Shown here: piece after piece, positions 19,069 to 28,282 of the stretch
Numbering within the stretch: position 1 is the stretch's first letter
Layout of the letters: the number at the start of each line of letters is the position of its first letter
Source: Gemmatimonadales bacterium
GTDB taxonomy: Bacteria > Gemmatimonadota > Gemmatimonadetes > Gemmatimonadales > GWC2-71-9
DNA: 64,000 bases
Direction of reading: 5' to 3'
Assembly (NCBI GenBank): GCA_041615815.1
Contig: JBFJCP010000004.1
Span: 106,140-170,139, forward strand
Position numbers and translations under genes: made by a program
The notes under the pieces: model-generated
Database searches by the model: none
Told to the model about the DNA's origin: nothing
The model's input: only the letters and a program-made list of their open reading frames with translations

Positions 19069-19566
19069 TTGCCGCAGAACAACAACCCGAATCCCGCGCC
19101 GCTCGCCGAAGCCGAGCGACTCATCCGTGCCGGGCGCGCCCTCCTGGCTTGGGCGGGGGAGGGGACGCGTCACGGTAACTATGCCGAGGCCGAACGGTGT
19201 TTCCACCGGGCCCTAGACATCCTGCGGGAGTCGGTGGGTGACGGGCATCCACAGCTGGCCCTCGTGTGGGATCGCTTGGCCGTGCTCTATGAGGAATTGG
19301 GTGACAGCGAGGAGGCGGAGACCTGCTACCTCCGCTCCCTCGCAACCCAACAGGCGGCCGGCTGGGAGTCGTCCGTCTATCAGGAACGCACGCTGTTGCG
19401 ATTGGCCCAATTGTACGGACGCATGGCCAAGCACGAGTTACAGAGCGCGGTGCTTCATTGTATTCCGCCCACGGACGCCGCCGGTGTCGGTGTCGTTCCC
19501 ACGACACGGTCTGCCGCATCCACGCGCCAGCGGGGCCAAAGCCGTTGGCGGGAGCGAAGCGCGTAA
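19069..19566 (+). CDS. Tetratricopeptide-repeat protein (paralog of upstream gene)
   Basis: 'GNYAEAERCFHRALDILRESVGDGHPQLA..DRLAVLYEELGD.EEAE..YLRSLA' (TPR_12-like). Confidence 0.75.
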   Translation: MPQNNNPNPAPLAEAERLIRAGRALLAWAGEGTRHGNYAEAERCFHRALDILRESVGDGHPQLALVWDRLAVLYEELGDSEEAETCYLRSLATQQAAGWESSVYQERTLLRLAQLYGRMAKHELQSAVLHCIPPTDAAGVGVVPTTRSAASTRQRGQSRWRERSA

Positions 19567-19755
19567 CGTCCTGACGCCGCGCACGTATGGCCGGCGGGCG
19601 AGCCGTCGCTCGCCGCTCCTCCGCTGTCTGTAATACTCCCCATATCACTTCCGGCTGTCGCTTGCGCCGCGGCCCTTGTCGAGTCGGTGTCCGAGGCCGT
19701 ATACACCTCGAACACGTACGATCCTCGAGACCACGGCACCGACCGGGAGACCCTG

Positions 19756-20904
19756 ATGACCGAGACTGCCTTCAACCCCGAGCGCTTCCGCAAGCTGTTC
19801 TTGTTGGCGCTGGCTGTGGGGATCTCGCTCGTGTTCCTCGCGATGATACGCGACTTTCTCACGGCTTTGCTGCTGGCCGCGATCCTCAGCGGCATGTTCC
19901 ATCCGCTCTATCGCCGCTTGTTTGGCTTCTTCAAGGGGAAACGGGCCATGGCCTCGGGGGTCACGGTGGCGATTGCCCTGCTCATCATCATTCTGCCTCT
20001 CACCGCCTTTTTGGGGATCGTGGCCGCGCAGGCGGTGCAGTTCAGTGGAGAGGTGCGGCCGTGGGTGGAGCGGCAGGTGAGCGAGCCATCGCGACTCGAT
20101 AACCTGATCGAGCGACTGCCGTTCTTCGAGGTGATCCGGCCGTACCGCGATCAGATCCTCTCCAAAGCAGGTGAGCTGGCAGGAAGGGTGGGGACGTTCG
20201 TGGTGGGGATTCTGGCAGCCACCGCTCGGGGCACCGCCGCGTTCTTCTTTCTGCTGTTTGTGATGCTCTACGCGATGTTCTTCTTTCTGATGGATGGACG
20301 TAGCGTGTTGAACAAGATCCTGTACTACATGCCGCTTACCCCCGATCAGGAGAACCGGATGGTGGACAAGTTCGTTTCCGTGTCACGGGCGACGATGAAG
20401 GGAACGCTCGTGATCGGCATTCTCCAGGGCGCGCTCGCCGGAGCAGCGTTCTGGGTGTTGGGGCTCGACGCACCGGCGTTTTGGGGTGCGGTGATGGCCG
20501 TCCTTTCCATCATTCCGGGTCTGGGAACGGCACTCGTGTGGGTGCCGGCCGTCATCCTGCTCCTCGTGGGTGGCAGGATCGCCGCTGGGGTGGGGCTGGC
20601 CCTCTGGTGCGGCGCCCTCGTGGGCACCGTGGACAATTTTCTCCGACCATACCTCGTGGGTCGAGACACCAAGATGCCCGATCTGCTGATTCTGCTGTCG
20701 ACCTTGGGCGGGATCGTGCTCTTCGGCGCCGTGGGGATCGTCATCGGTCCTATCGTGGCCGCGCTGTTCGTGACCGTGTGGGATATCTATGGCACGGCCT
20801 TCAAGGACCTCCTCCCGGCGGTGGAGCCCATCCCCGTGCTCGAGCCGCCCCGCAAGACCACCCCGCGCAAGAAGCCCAAACCGAAGCACGGGGAAGGAGG
20901 TTAG
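19756..20904 (+). CDS. AI-2E family transporter
   Basis: 'FFFLMDG', 'LSIIPGLGTALVWVP', 'DNFLRPYLVG', 'GGIVLFGAVGIVIGP'. Confidence 0.92.
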   Translation: MTETAFNPERFRKLFLLALAVGISLVFLAMIRDFLTALLLAAILSGMFHPLYRRLFGFFKGKRAMASGVTVAIALLIIILPLTAFLGIVAAQAVQFSGEVRPWVERQVSEPSRLDNLIERLPFFEVIRPYRDQILSKAGELAGRVGTFVVGILAATARGTAAFFFLLFVMLYAMFFFLMDGRSVLNKILYYMPLTPDQENRMVDKFVSVSRATMKGTLVIGILQGALAGAAFWVLGLDAPAFWGAVMAVLSIIPGLGTALVWVPAVILLLVGGRIAAGVGLALWCGALVGTVDNFLRPYLVGRDTKMPDLLILLSTLGGIVLFGAVGIVIGPIVAALFVTVWDIYGTAFKDLLPAVEPIPVLEPPRKTTPRKKPKPKHGEGG

Positions 20905-21920
20905 AACGTCCCCTCGCGCACCTGGTGACGCGTGAGGTCCTTGCGAAGCGCCACCACCTGCTCGACCTGGACCGGTTCATTCTCGGGCAGCGGCGCGTCG
21001 CCTTTTTCCTTCCCGAGCTGGAACACGCTCTTCACTTTCTGGAGCAGCCCCGAGCCATCCAGCGCTTTCTCCCCCTCAGCGTAGTAGTCGAACCACGGCA
21101 ATTCCGCGGCTGCGTATTCCCGGGCCGTGGGTGGCGGCGTGGGCGGAGACTCGCCCGTGATCGCGCGCCAGACGAGCGAGTTGGCGATGTGGACGAAGCA
21201 CCGGCTGCTGTGTCCCAGCTCCCAATCGTCCAAGTCGAATCGGTCTTCGAAGATCTCCTGCCGCATGCGGCCGCCGGCGCCGATGCCCATGTCGGGCCGC
21301 GCGCTGGCTCCCGTGGTCGCGAGCGTCATACTGAACAACCCCGTACTCATGACCCGGGGCTCGGCCGCTATCACCGAGCCGAATAGCCGCTCGTAGGCCA
21401 TTCGCTTCATCGGATGCGCCACGATCTGTACTCCGCCGAATTCGGCTTCTCCGGTGAGCTGCTCTTCGGCCGAGTAGCCACTCCCCAGGGGCATCGCCAC
21501 GAACTGCCGGATCACTCCTTTCTCGACGCAGTAACCGTCCAGCCATGGCTGGTTGGGGACGACGAGATAATCCTGCGGGTGGCGCCGGAGCTCCGTCTCG
21601 AAGGCCTTGCCCGTGACGGCGTTGATCTTGCCCGCCGATACCTTGAGCGCGAAAGGGTACTGGCCGTGAAAGTTGATCCACATCGCTTCCGACTGATACA
21701 TCGGTAGCATCACGCCACCATGCTCGATCCAACGCCCCGGCACCCGAGCGGCGTGGTCGTCCACGTGAAGAACCGTGAATCTCCCGAGCCCCGGAGGAAG
21801 CGGGTACTGCTTTCCGTCATCCGGAATCCGCAGCGTCCGCTGGAACTCCAACCGCATGGAGGCCTTGGGATGAACGTCGGGAAACCTCACGACGAGTTGG
21901 TTGTGTTTGAGCTCGATCAC
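20901..21920 (-). CDS. Conserved hypothetical protein (339 aa, unknown function)
   Basis: Dense motif-like blocks 'FQRTLRIPDDG..YPLPPGLG.F', 'PMYQSEAMWINF', 'QPWLDG', 'IRQFVAMPLGSGYS.E.Q.TG', 'LPWFDYY'; SD GGAGGAG. Confidence 0.8.
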   Translation of the reverse strand: MIELKHNQLVVRFPDVHPKASMRLEFQRTLRIPDDGKQYPLPPGLGRFTVLHVDDHAARVPGRWIEHGGVMLPMYQSEAMWINFHGQYPFALKVSAGKINAVTGKAFETELRRHPQDYLVVPNQPWLDGYCVEKGVIRQFVAMPLGSGYSAEEQLTGEAEFGGVQIVAHPMKRMAYERLFGSVIAAEPRVMSTGLFSMTLATTGASARPDMGIGAGGRMRQEIFEDRFDLDDWELGHSSRCFVHIANSLVWRAITGESPPTPPPTAREYAAAELPWFDYYAEGEKALDGSGLLQKVKSVFQLGKEKGDAPLPENEPVQVEQVVALRKDLTRHQVREGTF

Positions 21921-21945
21921 GGTCTCCTCCGTCTGTCTTGCGGTC

Positions 21946-22299
21946 CTACCAGTTGCCGTCTCTGACCTCGCGCACCAGCTGCACCACCGCTTTATCGGGC
22001 ATCCGCTTCAGCTCTCGGATGAGGGCGGCGAAGAGTTCGGGGCGTTTGCGGATGACCTCCTGCAGGTCCGACGACACCTTTCCTGCCAAGGCGAGTAACA
22101 CATCGGCGTCCTCCCCCAGCTCGTCCGCCAGCTTGCCGATCGTCGTCTCTGACGGTGGCGCCACCTCCCCGCGTTCCACCTTGCTCAGATAGGATGGCTC
22201 GACGCCGATGCGGTGCGCCACCTGGCGGACCGAGAACCGCGGGTCCTCTTCCCGAAGCCGCTCGCGGCACGCCCGGACGTAGTCGCCGAAGGACTGCAT
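21946..22299 (-). CDS. XRE-family HTH transcriptional regulator
   Basis: 'FSVRQVAHRIGVEPSYLSKVERGEVAPPSE..I.KLA..L'. Confidence 0.9.
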   Translation of the reverse strand: MQSFGDYVRACRERLREEDPRFSVRQVAHRIGVEPSYLSKVERGEVAPPSETTIGKLADELGEDADVLLALAGKVSSDLQEVIRKRPELFAALIRELKRMPDKAVVQLVREVRDGNW

Positions 22300-22335
22300 G
22301 ATGTGTATTATGTACTAACTAGTACACAAAAGCAA
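22300..22335 (-). promoter_or_regulatory. Sigma70-type promoter (leaderless) with overlapping inverted-repeat operator
   Basis: Minus strand TTGCTT-N17-CATAAT-N7-ATG; inverted repeat TGTACTA-AC-TAGTACA at 22311-22326. Confidence 0.75.
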
Positions 22336-22642
22336 TGGCTAACTGCGGATACGGCTCCACAGAGCGGGTGACCGGCCGGCACGCGTGCGGCGGACGATGG
22401 AGGCGTGGGCTTTGGGAATCGTTGATATCCCGCTGTCGAAAATAGACTTATCACCCGCCTCGACAAGCCCTGGGATCCGGCGAAGGCGTGACTCCGCGGT
22501 ACGAAACTTCCTCTCCTAACGCCTAGCGTAGGCCTCGGGCCGGCTGGCACCGCGTGTCGGATCCCGGGGAGGGCGCTCCCCGGTCGTGGCGTCCTGGGAC
22601 CGGGGACGTGGGAGCCAACCGGCTCGAGGCCTCAGGAGTGCT

Positions 22643-22951
22643 ATGCAGAACGCCGAGCCCCACCACATCGACCGTCTTCCGCCCATTGCGTGGCAGCACC
22701 TCAACGCGTTCGTCACCGGCGCGGACCGCGAGGCGCTCGAGCAAGGCGACTGGCTCGTGTTCTACGAGTTCGTCAAGTCGTGCCATATTCACGAGGCCAA
22801 GTTCGCCGTCGAGGCTCTGGTCGAGTTTCTGGGGGAGCAGGGGTTTCGGCGGGAGGCCACCATCGAACTCGGCCTCGTCTATGCGCACGGTCGCGCGCTC
22901 CTCGCCAACCGGGGGACCCCGGGCCCTCGCCTGTCGAACGCCGCCCACTGA
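22643..22951 (+). CDS. Hypothetical protein (102 aa)
   Basis: SD CAGGAG before ATG 22643; protein-like composition. Confidence 0.6.
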   Translation: MQNAEPHHIDRLPPIAWQHLNAFVTGADREALEQGDWLVFYEFVKSCHIHEAKFAVEALVEFLGEQGFRREATIELGLVYAHGRALLANRGTPGPRLSNAAH

Positions 22952-23053
22952 CCCTCTCCGCACCGTGGACGGAGACATCCGTCACGGAACTTTCCACCCC
23001 CCCGTCCTAGACTGAGACGTCCTCACCTCTCCGCCCGGGAGCATCGAGCACAA

Positions 23054-24121
23054 ATGGCACGCACTGTCGCACTACTGATGGTAGTGATAGTCCTGCCGTT
23101 CTCGGCTTCGGCGTTTGCCCAGAGCACTGAAGCCCTTCTCGTTGCGGCAGCTCGGGCCGGAGAAGCGCAGCTGCTCGAGGAGCTCCTGCGACGCGGCGCG
23201 GATCCGGACGGCGTGGACGAGAGTGGAGACGTCCCACTCGTGGGCGCCGCCGCCGCCGGTCACACGGGCGCCATCCGCGCACTGCTGGCCTCGGGCGCGG
23301 CCATCGAGGGGACCGACGCCGTTGGCCGGACCGCCCTCATTGCGGCGGCTGGCGGGGGGCATCTTCTCACCGTAACCACGCTCCTGAATGAAGGAGCGGA
23401 TGCCTCCGCGGCGACGCAGACCGGATGGACGGCGCTTCTGGCCGCAGCCTCGGGTGGCCACGCACCGGTCGTGAAGATGCTGTTGGATCGCGCCGCGGAT
23501 CCCAATGCCCGGGACGACCGGGGATGGACGCCACTGCGCGCGGCCGCCGACTCGGGGAACGTCCGCGCCGCGAGACTCCTACTCGATGCAGGCGGGGACC
23601 CCAATGCGCGCACGGACGCCGGGACCACGGCGCTCATCGTCGCCGCGCGGGACGGATCGGTAGAGCTGGTGCGACTACTGCTGGAGTACCACGCAGAGCC
23701 GACGGCGGCAGATTCGGCCGGTGGCAGTGCCTTGGTGTACGCCGCGATCGACGGTCATGTGACCACCGTGCGGCTCCTCCTCCCGGCGGTGGGAATTGAG
23801 AGTCCCCAGGCGCTGGAGGCGCTCCTTCTGTCCTCGCTCGAAGGGCTGACCGAGATGGTCACGACGCTGATGCAGGGAGGGGTGAGCGCCGACCAGCGCA
23901 ATGAGTACGGGCTGACGCCCCTCATGGCCGCTGCGGCGGCCGGACACATGGAGGCAGTGCAGGCCCTCCTTGCCGGCGGGGCGAACCCACTACTGGAAGA
24001 TCCAGTGGGATGGTCTGCCGCCGCCTATGCCCGCGACGCGGCGCATGGTGACATCGTCGAAATCCTCGAGGATGCCGAAGCGAACTGGGGCCGGCTTGGG
24101 AAAGCCGCCCAAAAGAGTTGA
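23054..24121 (+). CDS. Secreted ankyrin-repeat protein
   Basis: Signal peptide plus about 9 'G.TAL..AA..GH...V..LL..GAD' repeats. Confidence 0.93.
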   Translation: MARTVALLMVVIVLPFSASAFAQSTEALLVAAARAGEAQLLEELLRRGADPDGVDESGDVPLVGAAAAGHTGAIRALLASGAAIEGTDAVGRTALIAAAGGGHLLTVTTLLNEGADASAATQTGWTALLAAASGGHAPVVKMLLDRAADPNARDDRGWTPLRAAADSGNVRAARLLLDAGGDPNARTDAGTTALIVAARDGSVELVRLLLEYHAEPTAADSAGGSALVYAAIDGHVTTVRLLLPAVGIESPQALEALLLSSLEGLTEMVTTLMQGGVSADQRNEYGLTPLMAAAAAGHMEAVQALLAGGANPLLEDPVGWSAAAYARDAAHGDIVEILEDAEANWGRLGKAAQKS

Positions 24122-24129
24122 GGTCACAC

Positions 24130-24633
24130 GTGGAACGTCCCAGTCGGCCGTACACCAAACCCAAGACACCGCCTCCGAGCCAGCGTCAGCCCCGGCGCCA
24201 TGAGGCCGATCAGGCTGCCATCGTCGACGGCCTGCTCAAGAAGTTGCGGCACGCCGATCCCGATCTCGTGGGCCGGCGTGCCGAACGACCGGGCGCACCG
24301 AGGACGTCGTCGCCGATCGTGAGTCCCGCTCCCTTTACACCGGACTGGCGCCGCCCGTGGCTTTGGACGTCCCTCGCCGTGGGCGTTGGTGTTGGCCTGA
24401 CGCAGTGGCCGTACGCCTTCGCGTGCGGGCTCCCCCTCGCCGTCTACGCGTTCGGCTTGCTGTTGTTTCTCTCGATTGGAACGGTGGCCGGCATATCGTC
24501 GTGGCGCCATCGGCGAGCAATCGCCCACGTCGTGGCGCTGATCCTGGTGGTGGTTGGGCTCGGGCTCGCGGCGGATCTCATGCTGCCACGCCTGGGGTAT
24601 GCGTACGAACAGGCCACGTGGTGGTGCCAGTGA
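24130..24633 (+). CDS. Hypothetical membrane protein
   Basis: Three C-terminal TM helices, 'WPYAFACG' and 'LPRLGYA...ATWWC'. Start approximate. Confidence 0.65.
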   Translation: MERPSRPYTKPKTPPPSQRQPRRHEADQAAIVDGLLKKLRHADPDLVGRRAERPGAPRTSSPIVSPAPFTPDWRRPWLWTSLAVGVGVGLTQWPYAFACGLPLAVYAFGLLLFLSIGTVAGISSWRHRRAIAHVVALILVVVGLGLAADLMLPRLGYAYEQATWWCQ

Positions 24634-24634
24634 C

Positions 24635-24720
24635 GTTGGAAGGTCGGAAACAGCACGGTCGGAAAGACGGAAGGCTGGCTGAGGGTATTCATCCAACCTT
24701 CTAGCCTTCCAACCGTTCCC
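24635..24720. repeat. Degenerate octamer (GGAAGGNN) array followed by inverted copies; REP-like hairpin
   Basis: GGAAGGTC/GGAAACAG/GGAAAGAC/GGAAGGCT then CCAACCTT/CTAGCCTT/CCAACCGT, between convergent genes. Confidence 0.5.
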
Positions 24721-24743
24721 TTCCTCTCCTTCTGGCATTCTAC

Positions 24744-25184
24744 CTAATCGACATGTACCACGATGTGGCGCTGGCGACGATCTTCACCGTCCAGTCCCAC
24801 ATCCCCCGGCGCCTCGACGGCGAGACGCGAGGTGGGCACGCCCCGCAGCGCGAGGTGGACCCGCACCGCCTCGGCGCGGTGTTGACCCAGCTCACGATTG
24901 ACCTCACCATCGCCCGAGGTGAACGCGTACCCGGCGATGCGGAGGGACACGTCCTGCGTCTCCGCCAAGATCGTGGCCAACGAATCGAGGCTCTCGAGCG
25001 AGGCGGGAAGCAGCCGCACCCGGCCCTCGGCGAATGTGATGGGATGACTCTCGAGGAAGTGCACGATCCTGGTGCGACCGTTGTAGCTCTCGATGTGCTC
25101 ACCGAGGCGTGGTCCCGCCTCGGTAAAGCACGCAACCGAGACCAGGCCTATTCCTATTCCTACCGTCAGCTTTGGCGTCAACAT
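24744..25184 (-). CDS. OmpA-family (peptidoglycan-binding) lipoprotein
   Basis: Lipobox 'SVAC'; 'ITFAEG...L', 'NRELGQHRAEAVR..L...GV...RL'. Confidence 0.8.
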   Translation of the reverse strand: MLTPKLTVGIGIGLVSVACFTEAGPRLGEHIESYNGRTRIVHFLESHPITFAEGRVRLLPASLESLDSLATILAETQDVSLRIAGYAFTSGDGEVNRELGQHRAEAVRVHLALRGVPTSRLAVEAPGDVGLDGEDRRQRHIVVHVD

Positions 25185-25648
25185 GGGTGTCCTGCGTTTT
25201 CGAGTGGGCGCACGTGACGGCGATGAGTCGCAACCGCTATGCCGTCCGCTGAGTCACTATAAGTAATTTCAACACAATAACTTGGACTGTACTGACTGCG
25301 GATACACTCGGCATACGTTGCCTGGATGCCTCAACCCGAGAGCGAAACGGTGTCTTGCTTTGCAAGACGACGTGCTTGCACGATCCACCGATCGTGTTTG
25401 ATGCGACCGGTGAAGACATCCAATGGCTCGGCGACCTGCCGCATGTGGGCGAAGGACCAGGTGCCACGTTTTGGCTCGTGTCTCGATTCGGGACCCGGGA
25501 GCAGGTTCGGGGAGTGTCGGTTTGGGATGGACTGGATAGGGGGAGGCAGAGGCGGCTGGAGGCGCAGGAGGGACGCGTGTGACGGGGTTCACAGCCTCCG
25601 TCGAGCGCGCTTCGTTGATTGCCTGTTCACGACACGAGGAGGAAGCCG

Positions 25649-26395
25649 GTGGAGACGTCGCCGGTGAACGACAAACCCGCGGGTCAGACGCGGACGCTCG
25701 TTCGGGGCATTCGCCCCGGCGAGTGGGGGTGGGTGACTCCGTCGGCAGCCGTCTTGGGTCTGGCCAACTTCGTCCCGCTCCTTGGCGTGGTGTTTTTGGG
25801 ATGGGAAGTCTTTCCCATCCTTTTCCTCTACTGGCTCGAGAACGTCATCGTGGGCGGGTTCAACGTGGTGCGGATGGCCACGGTGAGCCCCCGAGACATT
25901 GCGGCGTGGGTAGGGAAGCTGTTCTTGATCCCATTCTTCGTGGTGCACTATGGCATGTTCACGATGGTGCACGGCGTCTTCGTGTTCGCGCTCTTCGGCC
26001 AGAATCTGGATGTGCGCGGATTCTTTCCGAGCCTCGGGGACGTGTGGGGTGTTTTGAACGAGTACCAGTTGGTGGTCGCGGCGCTCGCGCTCGTGGCCAG
26101 TCACGGCTTCTCGTATGGCTGGAACTTCCTCGGCAAGGGCGAATACCGACGAGCGTCACTGCAGGCGCTGATGCACCAGCCGTACCGGCGAGTGGTGGTG
26201 CTCCATCTCGTGGTCTTGCTCGGGGGGTTCGCGGTGCTTGCGCTCGGTCAACCGGTGGGCGCGCTCCTGTTACTCATCGTGCTCAAGATGGGAATCGACG
26301 TGGCCGCGCATTTGCACGAACATCGAAAGTTGCAGGACCACGAGGAAGACTCAGCGGGCTCGTCGAGCTCCAAGACGGTCAGAAGAACACACTGA
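25649..26395 (+). CDS. DUF6498-type membrane protein
   Basis: 'LFLYWLENVIVG', 'FFVVHYGMF..VHGVF', 'M.QPYRRVVVLH'; GTG after GAGGAGG. Confidence 0.8.
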   Translation: METSPVNDKPAGQTRTLVRGIRPGEWGWVTPSAAVLGLANFVPLLGVVFLGWEVFPILFLYWLENVIVGGFNVVRMATVSPRDIAAWVGKLFLIPFFVVHYGMFTMVHGVFVFALFGQNLDVRGFFPSLGDVWGVLNEYQLVVAALALVASHGFSYGWNFLGKGEYRRASLQALMHQPYRRVVVLHLVVLLGGFAVLALGQPVGALLLLIVLKMGIDVAAHLHEHRKLQDHEEDSAGSSSSKTVRRTH

Positions 26396-27569
26396 GAGAT
26401 GCAAAGAAGATCGTGGGAACCAGTCCGAACTCGGACGTCGGCACCCCATCTTCGAGGATGCCGTCACTTCCCACTCCCATAAAGAGCCCAGCCCGCGCAC
26501 TGGCTTCATCGCTCACCGACACCGAAACGCCCGGGCTGAGGAGCGCGCTGGGATCGTTGCCGTTCAAGAGCGTGAGGAGACTCAGCCCCACGAGTGGGTG
26601 GACTTGGTAGCTTCCCTGCAGCGCGAATACGTTGGCGCCGACAACCTGGAGCTCGCCACGAGCGAAGGCTGGTGAGCGAAGGAGTGTGGCGAGGTCCCGG
26701 CTGTTTGCCGCACCGAGGCCGTCGTGCTGGTACTCGGCGATGACATAGAGGTCGCGGTCCGCGAGAGTGACTCGCGTATCGATGCCTCCAGCGGTCCGCA
26801 CCACAAAGGCGCCGTCGTCTCGCTCCCGGAACTCGGCCTCGGCACGCACGGCAACGGAACCCAGACCACCGGTGACGCCCAACCCCACCGCTGGCTTGTC
26901 ATGGAGTACGCCTGCCCAGAGAGAGTATTCCCATGTCTGGATCACGCCGCGCCAACGTCCCGCCGCCGTGATCGTCACACCACCCGCGGTGTCCGATGGC
27001 CGGAGGATGAGATCCAGATCGCTCAGCGGATCGGGGAACAGTTGCACGCGGGCGGCGTCGACTCCCGCGCGATACTCGCGGAACGGATCTGCGGGATCGA
27101 ATGGGACGAATGGGTCCGCGGGCGTGAGGATCAGCGTGGTTGCCCAAGAGATGGTCTGGCGGCCGAGCGTCACATCCGCGACGGATCCGAGCGCCAGCCC
27201 GAGGTTGATCCGATCGAAACGGTGACGCCAGGTGACGTGATCCTCAGTGGCAATGTCCCACTGGAGGTCGACCCACGTGCCTCCGCCCGGTGCGACACCC
27301 GTGGCCAGCCCCGCTGCTATCCCGGCCGCGGTCTGCTGTGTGTACGTGAAGAGGTGCTCGTAGGCGATTGCCGCGCCGAGTGGCCCGAGCGTCGGTTCGA
27401 CCATGAAGCGAAGCCGCTGGAAATCCGCGAGGCCGGCGGGCGTGCCGCCGGTGGCATCGCTCCACAGTCCCACATTGAGATAGTAATTTCGGAGCCACGG
27501 CAATTGCGCGAATGCGGGCTGAGCCAGGCCCAGGGCCAGCACGAGGCTGAGCGAAGCTGCGCGAATCAC
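26379..27569 (-). CDS. Secreted / outer-membrane beta-barrel-like protein of the ABC operon
   Basis: Signal peptide; 'TLGRQTISW', 'DPF.PFDP...REYRAGVDA'; C-terminal Phe; coupled to the ATPase gene. Confidence 0.7.
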   Translation of the reverse strand: MIRAASLSLVLALGLAQPAFAQLPWLRNYYLNVGLWSDATGGTPAGLADFQRLRFMVEPTLGPLGAAIAYEHLFTYTQQTAAGIAAGLATGVAPGGGTWVDLQWDIATEDHVTWRHRFDRINLGLALGSVADVTLGRQTISWATTLILTPADPFVPFDPADPFREYRAGVDAARVQLFPDPLSDLDLILRPSDTAGGVTITAAGRWRGVIQTWEYSLWAGVLHDKPAVGLGVTGGLGSVAVRAEAEFRERDDGAFVVRTAGGIDTRVTLADRDLYVIAEYQHDGLGAANSRDLATLLRSPAFARGELQVVGANVFALQGSYQVHPLVGLSLLTLLNGNDPSALLSPGVSVSVSDEASARAGLFMGVGSDGILEDGVPTSEFGLVPTIFFASLSVFF

Positions 27570-28282
27570 CCCACGGCCGTAGGCGCGCGGTGCTCGTCGG
27601 ATGCGACCGCCCCATCCACCAATCGAACCAGACGTCGGGCCCGCTCCATCACGCGGGGATCGTGGGTGGCAAACACGAAGGTGGTACCCAGCTCCCGATT
27701 CAGTTCTTCCATCATGTCCAAGAGCGTGTCGCTGGTGTGGGAATCGAGGTTGGCAGTGGGCTCGTCGGCGAGCACGAGTGCGGGCTCACCCACGACCGCC
27801 CGGACCACGGCAACCCGTTGTTGTTGACCGCCCGAGAGCTTTCCAGGACGGCGGTCGGCAAGCCCTTCCAGTCCCGTTCGTTTGAACAAGGCGTGCACCC
27901 GCTGCCGCCGCTCGTCGTCGTCCATTCCCTGGAGCAACAGCGGGAACTCCGCGTTCTCGAACGCGGTGAGCACCGGGAGCAGATTGTACGCCTGGAACAC
28001 GAAGCCGATGTGTTCGAGGCGCATTCTGGCGAGTTCGCGGTTCGACATGGCGCTGAGTTCGCGACCCGCCACCCAAAGCTCGCCTTTCGTGGCCCTCGTG
28101 AGGCCACCCATCAAGTTGAGCAGCGTCGTCTTGCCAGAGCCGGAGGGTCCGGCCATTGCTACGAAGGCGCCCGCGTCGATTGCTAACGAGACGCCGCTCA
28201 CGGCATGCACGTCTTCCGGCTCTTGCTTGAACGTTTTCCACACGCCTTCCGTCCGCACAGCCACGCGGTCGTTGTCAGTCAT
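27566..28282 (-). CDS. ABC transporter ATP-binding protein (LolD/MacB-like)
   Basis: GPSGSGKT, LSGGQQQRVA, LADEPTANLD, ATHD. Confidence 0.95.
   Translation of the reverse strand: MTDNDRVAVRTEGVWKTFKQEPEDVHAVSGVSLAIDAGAFVAMAGPSGSGKTTLLNLMGGLTRATKGELWVAGRELSAMSNRELARMRLEHIGFVFQAYNLLPVLTAFENAEFPLLLQGMDDDERRQRVHALFKRTGLEGLADRRPGKLSGGQQQRVAVVRAVVGEPALVLADEPTANLDSHTSDTLLDMMEELNRELGTTFVFATHDPRVMERARRLVRLVDGAVASDEHRAPTAVG

Noticed and set aside
25355..25582. 75-aa ORF in the OmpA-DUF6498 gap
   Set aside because: TTG start, no SD and no recognisable motif; cannot be supported as a gene or pseudogene.
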